The notes under the pieces: model-generated
Databases searched by the model: none
Seen by the model: the letters and a program-made list of their open reading frames with translations, nothing else
What the model was told of the DNA's origin: nothing
Origin: a virus
Taxonomy: Duplodnaviria; Caudoviricetes
IMG/VR virus record: IMGVR_UViG_3300014826_000002
Span: 1-64,000 of that record
Direction: 5' to 3' (one strand)
DNA length: 64,000 nt
Made by a program: the position numbers and the translations under genes
In this document: positions 57,806 to 64,000 of the stretch, one piece after another
Numbering within the stretch: position 1 is the stretch's first letter
How the letters are laid out: every line of letters starts with the position of its first letter

Positions 57806-57986
57806 CTAAGTCTCCGCCACATCTTTGGCACATATTTAATTTCTTACTGCATTCATGACAGAACCTAGGAGTATTTGTATTACACCATACATCAATCTTA
57901 CCACAGAGCTGGCACGTAAAATCTCTAAAGGCTTGCCCTGAAAACATTCCTTTTTCCTCATATTGACATTTCTTACATATAGCCAA
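57786..57986 (-). CDS. Small Zn-finger protein
   Basis: Four CxxC pairs. Confidence 0.6.
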   Translation of the reverse strand: MAICKKCQYEEKGMFSGQAFRDFTCQLCGKIDVWCNTNTPRFCHECSKKLNMCQRCGGDLDEKKNT

Positions 57987-57987
57987 A

Positions 57988-58416
57988 TTACTTATTCTCC
58001 ATAATTTCTTCTTCTAACTTCTGCTGAGTATATATCTGATATTGTTCTATAGCCACTTTTTGAGCATGCTCAGGGCTAGTTACTGACTTAACTTCTATGC
58101 CGTCGTAATACTTTCTTATAATTACAGGTTCTGTAAATACTTCTTTTTCTTCATCTTCAAGATATATTTTACCTGCACATTGATTGAAAGTTGTTGATGT
58201 AGCTATGAAGCACGTATAATAAGTTACTACCTTTGTATCTTCAGACATTTCATGTTCGTCTAAGATATACTCGTTCATCCAGTAGTCGCCGTAAAAGCCA
58301 TTGACTTCATTCTTAATATCACAGTACCTTTTAGCCTTTTCTTCTGTTGAAAATGCCCCAGCAATTCCTTGATCTGAATAGGCGCCATATCTTACTACAT
58401 AAACTTTATTACTCAA
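57988..58416 (-). CDS. Hypothetical phage protein
   Basis: VYVVRYGAYSD..IAGAFSTEEKAK. Confidence 0.65.
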   Translation of the reverse strand: MSNKVYVVRYGAYSDQGIAGAFSTEEKAKRYCDIKNEVNGFYGDYWMNEYILDEHEMSEDTKVVTYYTCFIATSTTFNQCAGKIYLEDEEKEVFTEPVIIRKYYDGIEVKSVTSPEHAQKVAIEQYQIYTQQKLEEEIMENK

Positions 58417-58630
58417 AATCGTACTCCTTTAATTCTTTAGGTTCATTGTACTTCAAATATACATAATAAAGACAATCATAACTGGGAGAGCACTCCCAAT
58501 CATCCGCATCTAATTCACAAAATCTATCTATAAGAATTTTAGAAACAGTCTTATAATCTTCGGGTCTTATGTAAGGTCGTAACTGTTTCCACAATGTTTC
58601 TGCTAAATATGAACCGCTTGCCCAGCCCAT
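58409..58630 (-). CDS. Hypothetical phage protein
   Basis: MGWASGS...FCELDADDW. Confidence 0.65.
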   Translation of the reverse strand: MGWASGSYLAETLWKQLRPYIRPEDYKTVSKILIDRFCELDADDWECSPSYDCLYYVYLKYNEPKELKEYDFE

Positions 58631-59253
58631 TAGTTCTCTCCTTTCAATAGTTTTGCTCTTTGACTAAAGTCTTCATCTGTTATTATACATTCACTCAAAG
58701 GTTTATAATTATCATAACATCCGTCTATAGAGCCGACGTAGAAGTAAATAACTTCATCTGAACGTAACCACGGTTTCATTTTATTTACTTTGTCACAGGT
58801 TATCTCAATAGCCGTCCCATTCTGCCACCCGTCTCTAACGGAGTAGATTACCCACTCTGTACCGTCCTTATCAACTATGACTTTATTCTTTAACTCTTCG
58901 TTGAGAAAATCAATGTGTTTTTCCTTATCTTTAATACAAGAAAGGATTTGTTCTTGCTTTTCTATAAGAGTATTTAAGGTGAAGTCGTAGGCATGTGTTA
59001 TATCTTTTCTTTCTTGCTTTATTCTTTTCTTTAAACAAGAAGTACAAGTATGAGATTCTTGTTCCCATTCTTGTTTTTCTTTCTTTAATTTTTCTATGTC
59101 AATCCAACAAGGTTCTGTGTCTTCCCTGTACTCAAAGGAAAAGGTTTTACTTATAGATTTTCCGCATTCAGAACATTTGCTCTTTGCTTGAATTCTATAA
59201 GTCCGAAAATCCCATGATTTTGAAACTACTGTTCTCATTCTATTTACTTTCAC
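58630..59253 (-). CDS. Hypothetical protein with Zn ribbon and coiled coil
   Basis: CSEC...CTSC. Confidence 0.65.
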   Translation of the reverse strand: MKVNRMRTVVSKSWDFRTYRIQAKSKCSECGKSISKTFSFEYREDTEPCWIDIEKLKKEKQEWEQESHTCTSCLKKRIKQERKDITHAYDFTLNTLIEKQEQILSCIKDKEKHIDFLNEELKNKVIVDKDGTEWVIYSVRDGWQNGTAIEITCDKVNKMKPWLRSDEVIYFYVGSIDGCYDNYKPLSECIITDEDFSQRAKLLKGEN

Positions 59254-59401
59254 CTTTCACTTTATAAGCTATAGCATTAGCAATTCTTTGAGCTTCTTCT
59301 TTATCTCTAGGAGTATGATTTCCTATTTTACCGTTCTTCTCGTAAGCGTGCATTAATTCTTGCACTATTTCTTCATGTGAAGCTGATTTGTCTATTGGCA
59401 T
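59240..59401 (-). CDS. Small (about 53 aa) phage protein, below the ORF-track cutoff
   Basis: MPIDKSAS...IVQELMHAYEKNGKIGNHTPRDKEEAQRIANAIAY; start and stop overlap the neighbours. Confidence 0.5.
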   Translation of the reverse strand: MPIDKSASHEEIVQELMHAYEKNGKIGNHTPRDKEEAQRIANAIAYKVKGESK

Positions 59402-59709
59402 TATTTCTCCTTTCGTTGTACTTCTACTTCTTCATTAAGCCATCTATCAATTTCTTGCTGTCTTTGCTCTACTATGTGTAAGTAAAGCTGCCGTCTATAG
59501 TGATCCTTTGTTTCTGAAGCATCTTGTAGAGCCTGTATGAGTCCTAATCGAGCTTCAATATATGTTAATATATCTTTATAATATTCTGATTTTTTAACTT
59601 TATAAACAACCCCATGTTTTTTATTTCCTACCGAAGGTCTTTCGGGAACATTCGTAGGAGGTCTATTTGTATTGCATTTTTCTTGTATCCAGTATTTATC
59701 TTCTTCCAT
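59401..59709 (-). CDS. Hypothetical protein
   Basis: 102-aa ORF behind a TTGCAT-17-TAGTAT promoter-like site. Confidence 0.6.
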   Translation of the reverse strand: MEEDKYWIQEKCNTNRPPTNVPERPSVGNKKHGVVYKVKKSEYYKDILTYIEARLGLIQALQDASETKDHYRRQLYLHIVEQRQQEIDRWLNEEVEVQRKEK

Positions 59710-59746
59710 ATTTATATACTACCATATTTTTTAGATTTATGCAAGG

Positions 59747-59926
59747 TTATTCAATTCCAAAATTTGACATGAAATTATCTATATCTTCTAAAGCCATCTT
59801 TTCAAAGTACATCCAATCTTCTTGCTCTTCCTCAGGTAAATCATGGTCATACACAAAGCCGCGACATCCTTGATCTGAAGCTTCCCTGAGCCAATATCTT
59901 AGTCTTTCTTCAAATTTTGAGTTCAT
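59747..59926 (-). CDS. Small acidic hypothetical protein
   Basis: MNSKFEERLRYWLREAS..., GGAG SD. Confidence 0.5.
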   Translation of the reverse strand: MNSKFEERLRYWLREASDQGCRGFVYDHDLPEEEQEDWMYFEKMALEDIDNFMSNFGIE

Positions 59927-59936
59927 TTAAAGCTCC

Positions 59937-60128
59937 TTAATCTTTTAAAAGTACCTTTACTTGTTCTTGCTTTTCTATTAAATCTTCAATTTTCACTAAA
60001 TACCGAATTTCTACTCCTGCAGTCAGTTGTTTACAAAACTCTAAAAGCTCTTTATTTATTTCTATTTGCTTTTTAAGAATAGTAAATGCAGCCTCTATAT
60101 TATTCTCGTGTAATTCCAGATTTGACAT
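59937..60128 (-). CDS. Hypothetical protein (start MSNLE)
   Basis: AGGAG SD before the internal ATG of the track ORF. Confidence 0.55.
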   Translation of the reverse strand: MSNLELHENNIEAAFTILKKQIEINKELLEFCKQLTAGVEIRYLVKIEDLIEKQEQVKVLLKD

Positions 60129-60139
60129 ACTGTTTCTCC

Positions 60140-60316
60140 TTATGTTAATTCGTCTATTAGATCTTCTAATGGTCCGAATAATTTTTGAATTGGTACAAGC
60201 CATATAAATGGAAGACAAATTATATAAAGCACCAAAGTTACGAGTAATACTAATATAAGTACAATCAAGTAGGAAAGGTTTGATGCAACATATTTATACA
60301 CTTCAAAATCAATCAT
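60140..60316 (-). CDS. Small membrane protein
   Basis: MIDFEVYKY...LIVLILVLLVTLVLYIICLPFIWLV. Confidence 0.5.
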   Translation of the reverse strand: MIDFEVYKYVASNLSYLIVLILVLLVTLVLYIICLPFIWLVPIQKLFGPLEDLIDELT

Positions 60317-60317
60317 T

Positions 60318-61154
60318 TTATTTCTCCTTTAACTTATTTATCTTTTCCATATCTTCATCTCGCATGATTCCCCAACATTTCTCTAAGTACTCATTATAGT
60401 GTTCTTCACTTAATCTACACTTATGTTCCGTGTGCACCAAAGGAATTTCAGGATAATAGAAGTAGGTGAAAGGTTCAATCTTTTCTCTGAACTCTTTTAA
60501 ATTCTTATACCTTACCTTCTCTTTCCTTACAATCCTGTGAGTTCTTGGGTCTTTTATAGCTATCTCGTCTATATAGTTATCAAAAAACTGCCGCTTTGAT
60601 CTCCACAGCTTAGGATATATTAAATGAATTAAGCCATAAAACTGACTCAAACAAGAAGAATAAGGAGTTGCTGTCATAAGGATTACTCTATCAAACATTT
60701 CCTCAATATGAAAATAGGCGTCATGCTGTACTCCTTCTGGGTTCTGCATTTTATGAGCTTCATCTATAACAAGAGCTACTTTACAGCCACTATCATAAAT
60801 CTTCTCAAGCTTCTTTATTATTACAATATCATTTCCCGCTTTCTCAAACATAGAATGCTTGATTACGCATACTTTCTCTTTCCCTTTAAAAAACTTAACA
60901 AAATCTTCCGCGTCTTCAACTACTAATACGTTTAAACCTGCTTTATCCTTAAAGTCCTCTACAAATACAGGAACTGAAGATTTCGTACAAGCTATAACTG
61001 CCTTATCTATGAGTTTGCGTTTAAAGAAGGCTCTTAATGCAAACATTGCACATATTGTCTTTCCACTTCCTACACGCATACAAAAAAGGCACTTCTTAAC
61101 TCTTAATGCAAATTTAACTGCTTCTTGTTGATAATCTCTAAGAGTTATCTTCAC
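60318..61154 (-). CDS. SNF2/SF2 helicase N-terminal (DExH ATPase) lobe as a separate gene
   Basis: LRDYQ, VGSGKT, LVIDEAH, MTATP; ends after the linker with no C lobe. Confidence 0.88.
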   Translation of the reverse strand: MKITLRDYQQEAVKFALRVKKCLFCMRVGSGKTICAMFALRAFFKRKLIDKAVIACTKSSVPVFVEDFKDKAGLNVLVVEDAEDFVKFFKGKEKVCVIKHSMFEKAGNDIVIIKKLEKIYDSGCKVALVIDEAHKMQNPEGVQHDAYFHIEEMFDRVILMTATPYSSCLSQFYGLIHLIYPKLWRSKRQFFDNYIDEIAIKDPRTHRIVRKEKVRYKNLKEFREKIEPFTYFYYPEIPLVHTEHKCRLSEEHYNEYLEKCWGIMRDEDMEKINKLKEK

Positions 61155-61351
61155 TTATCTTCCCTCTTTACTAATTCATATCCAAGGTTAACAAGGTCAC
61201 TTGCGATCTCCTTAATCTTTCTTCTAGTGAGTGCTTGTACATCAGCTGCAATACGGCTTAGGAGATTAAATATCACGGCTCCTACAATAGCTATATAAGC
61301 CAGCATAACTACTATTAAAAATAACAGAAATATTATTAAAAATTTTAGCAT
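61151..61351 (-). CDS. Small membrane protein
   Basis: Long N-terminal hydrophobic helix. Confidence 0.6.
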   Translation of the reverse strand: MLKFLIIFLLFLIVVMLAYIAIVGAVIFNLLSRIAADVQALTRRKIKEIASDLVNLGYELVKREDK

Positions 61352-61371
61352 AATAATCTCTCTCCTCTCTC

Positions 61372-62229
61372 CTACAATTTCTTCATCTTAATATCTTCTA
61401 CATGATATAAGTCCATTATCTTATAATTTCTTAACCATGTGTCCTTGTGAACTTCAAGCTTTTCTGCTAATGCAGCATTGTCTGCTCTTAAATCATCAAG
61501 GATGTCTTTTATGCGCTGCTCAGTGAGTTCTTCCTCGTCAATCCAGTAGTTCTTTATAATTTCTTGTATCTCTTTATCCTTAATTCTTGGAAATATAGGA
61601 GATAGATTATCTGAAGCATCCCCCTTAAGAACTCTATACTTTAAGATATCTTTCTTATCAGTACTTATTCGAGAAAAATCCTCTCCCTTGCTATTCTTAA
61701 ACTTCTGAAATATCTCTTCATCAGTCTTAACAATAAAGTGTCCTTTCTCAAACTTATCTGAAATAAGAACATTTGGATAGGCCGTTAACTGCAACAAATC
61801 TTTATCGCCGCTGTAAATTATAATTTCATAATTATTACTATATCTTTTAACTATATATGCTAGTAACTGGTCAGCTTCATAGCGTCTCGCTTTTATAAAA
61901 GAGAATCTTCTCTTATCCAATTTCTTACTTAGCTTCTTAACGATGTCTGTTAAATAAGCATAAACTTCTTTCTTCTCTTCCTTATTCCTGTTCTGCTTAT
62001 AACCTAAAAATAACTGGAAATTATAAAGAGTTGAGGTAGGAGAATCCATAGCCATGAATACGTGAGCTTCTTCATAGGAATTACCTAAGATTGTTAAGAA
62101 CTGTGAAAGCATCTTAAATAAGGTTGCTTCTATATTAAGCTTCTCTTTCTCTTGTGTCTTAGCATATGCAGCTACGTAATAGTATCTATTATAAAGCCAT
62201 GAAAAATCTATTAAGATTAATTTCTTCAT
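61372..62229 (-). CDS. 5'-3' exonuclease / flap endonuclease (T4 RNase H / PolI 5' domain-like)
   Basis: LIDFS, YEAD, SGDKDLLQL, LKGDASDNL. Confidence 0.9.
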   Translation of the reverse strand: MKKLILIDFSWLYNRYYYVAAYAKTQEKEKLNIEATLFKMLSQFLTILGNSYEEAHVFMAMDSPTSTLYNFQLFLGYKQNRNKEEKKEVYAYLTDIVKKLSKKLDKRRFSFIKARRYEADQLLAYIVKRYSNNYEIIIYSGDKDLLQLTAYPNVLISDKFEKGHFIVKTDEEIFQKFKNSKGEDFSRISTDKKDILKYRVLKGDASDNLSPIFPRIKDKEIQEIIKNYWIDEEELTEQRIKDILDDLRADNAALAEKLEVHKDTWLRNYKIMDLYHVEDIKMKKL

Positions 62230-62244
62230 GCTTCAATTATACAT

Positions 62245-62943
62245 CTAAATTTCAAAATCGTCAAATTCTATAAAAGAAGATTCTTCAATTAAAGATTTAA
62301 GAGATTTCTCATCATCTTCACTTAACTTATACTTAACTTGATTACTCTTCAATGTAGCAGAGCTTTCAAAGGCCTTATTAAACGACACTTTTGAAAATGG
62401 GCGGTCAGGTTCGGGGAACATTACCTCAGGGGCAGGTAAATTCGATGGATCAGCCATAATAGTGTCCATGTTAATAGAACCCACTTTCAATCTAAACTTA
62501 TCATAGTTTATTCTTGCGGATGGTGGTGCTGGGGGGAGTGCTGCTACCACCTTAGCTAGATTAGCGGCTAATCTAGGAAGTTCTACCATCAACATCTGTA
62601 TCCATTCAAATACTACAGTTATTGGCTTAAACAATGAAGAAGCAAAAGAACCCAAAGCTCCCAAAGGATCCCTAACAAAGTCTTTAATAGCTGAAGCCAC
62701 GCGCATTACTTGCCCAGCAGCTGTGGTCTTATACATTTCATGAAGAGACTTAATAATTCTTTGTCTCACTCTTTCTATAGCTATATTAGCTTTCCAAGAA
62801 AGCCATACACATATTACATCCACTTTCTCTTGTGCTATTCTCTCTCCGCTTCCCACAAAATTATTAAAAGCTGATATCATTCTTACTGGGAATTGTTCTA
62901 ACCAATCATTCGCTGTCTTTAAAAATTCAAAAGCTGACGCCAT
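62245..62943 (-). CDS. Hypothetical, probably virion-associated protein
   Basis: Amphipathic helices; follows the gp5-like gene. Confidence 0.55.
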   Translation of the reverse strand: MASAFEFLKTANDWLEQFPVRMISAFNNFVGSGERIAQEKVDVICVWLSWKANIAIERVRQRIIKSLHEMYKTTAAGQVMRVASAIKDFVRDPLGALGSFASSLFKPITVVFEWIQMLMVELPRLAANLAKVVAALPPAPPSARINYDKFRLKVGSINMDTIMADPSNLPAPEVMFPEPDRPFSKVSFNKAFESSATLKSNQVKYKLSEDDEKSLKSLIEESSFIEFDDFEI

Positions 62944-62955
62944 ATTCTTTCTCCC

Positions 62956-63687
62956 TTACTGAATTGCCACTATTATCCCATTCTTGACTGTTATAAAGTT
63001 ACCCATAGCCATAAAGGTGCCACTTACGCCGTCCTTACAACTAAAGTCTCCGTTCACAGCTAAGTCTCCTTGCACATTGACTTGTCCTGCTTTAACATTA
63101 ACTTCGTTATTAGCTTCTACGTTAAGTGAACCATCGGCTGTACCATTTACGTCAAGTGTACCTATATTAAGCTCAAAGTTATTACTATTATCTAATATAA
63201 AGAAGGCACCACCAGCCAAACCTACCTTTATAGACCCGTCGGGAGCCACCTGTACATTAGTAGATGAAGCATGTTGAAATTGGGCTGTACCCCTCTCCTT
63301 ATTTATCTTCATAAAGTTACCTATAGAATCTTTATAACCGTAGGTATGCGGGTAATCGTCATCAAAGAAAGTCGTCCTATTAGTAGCATTAAGCTCTGCA
63401 CCTGTATAATAAGGGGCTGTAAAATCCCTACTAGGAAACCTTACCCTAACCTGACTTCCTATTTCAGGGACATTTAAGCCTCCATAGTTAGCACTATTGC
63501 CATGAGAGCCCAACTCTGGATAAGCCCACGGAAGAGCTTCTGTTGAAAGTTCTGAGTAAGGAGCTACTCTAACTTTAACTCTTCCCAACTTCTCTGGGTC
63601 GTTGTTATCCTCCACACATCCTAAATAGGACATTGCTGTAGGATCAACTTGTTCCTTTAATAATATCGAAAAAGGTCTTATTAACAT
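62956..63687 (-). CDS. Baseplate hub/central spike protein (gp5/VgrG OB fold plus beta-helix)
   Basis: VEDNNDPEKLGRVKVRV, LPWA, PEIGSQVRVRF, beta-rich repeats. Confidence 0.85.
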   Translation of the reverse strand: MLIRPFSILLKEQVDPTAMSYLGCVEDNNDPEKLGRVKVRVAPYSELSTEALPWAYPELGSHGNSANYGGLNVPEIGSQVRVRFPSRDFTAPYYTGAELNATNRTTFFDDDYPHTYGYKDSIGNFMKINKERGTAQFQHASSTNVQVAPDGSIKVGLAGGAFFILDNSNNFELNIGTLDVNGTADGSLNVEANNEVNVKAGQVNVQGDLAVNGDFSCKDGVSGTFMAMGNFITVKNGIIVAIQ

Positions 63688-63695
63688 TTATATCT

Positions 63696-64000
63696 CTATC
63701 CTTGTCTCACTTCTAATAATGTACTATTGGAGTTATACCCCGTATTCGTAAAATACACATTATACAAAATCTTAGCTCCATAGACATCCACATATCCCAA
63801 GTCTATAGGGAAACTCTCTAATTCTACTCTCTTAGAATTAATATAAAACTTCAAATTCTGCTCACTTTGAGGGCATGCAAAGTATAAGCGTGCATTCTTG
63901 GTAGCACTAATCAACTTAGTACATGGAATAGTTCTGTACCTATCCTTATACCCCTTAGCTATATAAAAGCTGGTTAATTGAGAAAGAGCATTGGAATTAA
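63696..64000 (-). CDS. Partial gene (3' end), probably baseplate region
   Basis: Frame open to the window edge. Confidence 0.45.
   Translation of the reverse strand, partial: NSNALSQLTSFYIAKGYKDRYRTIPCTKLISATKNARLYFACPQSEQNLKFYINSKRVELESFPIDLGYVDVYGAKILYNVYFTNTGYNSNSTLLEVRQG

Overview
AT-rich 64 kb segment of a large, probably lytic, contractile-tailed (myovirus-like, possibly jumbo) bacteriophage, read in the standard genetic code and mostly on the minus strand. Main blocks: (1) 1-5.9 kb, an RNA-repair locus (phosphatase-RNA ligase, Thg1) plus a 3D-domain protein. (2) 5.9-11.1 kb, an RNA island with about 7 credible tRNAs, aberrant tRNA-like genes, a tmRNA (tag ANNVIKADFGYRTALAA), a free-standing HNH gene and several unexplained structured non-coding tracts, one about 680 nt. 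(3) 12-38 kb, the replication/recombination core: dUTPase, SbcD, SbcC/Rad50 in three genes, RecA, resolvase, intein-containing DNA ligase, a fractured family A DNA polymerase, primase Zn domain, GroEL/GroES, NrdDG, DnaB-like helicase. (4) 38-62 kb, an accessory region with speD, glyA, coaD, thyX, two more DNA methyltransferases (a third is at 13.0 kb) and many small ORFs. (5) The start of a baseplate module. Best leads: a polA split around a Vsr-like homing endonuclease whose halves carry apparently splicing-dead, oppositely charged split-intein remnants; a three-domain tandem GroES alongside a normal GroEL/ES; an SNF2 helicase whose two lobes are encoded about 9 kb apart; a stray capsid-like gene; and the ncRNA cluster. 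The GroEL PQIINDG motif, the tmRNA tag and NrdDG suggest (inference only) an anaerobic relative of Cyanobacteria such as Gastranaerophilales as host. All family assignments are by-eye motif recognition; no database search was run.
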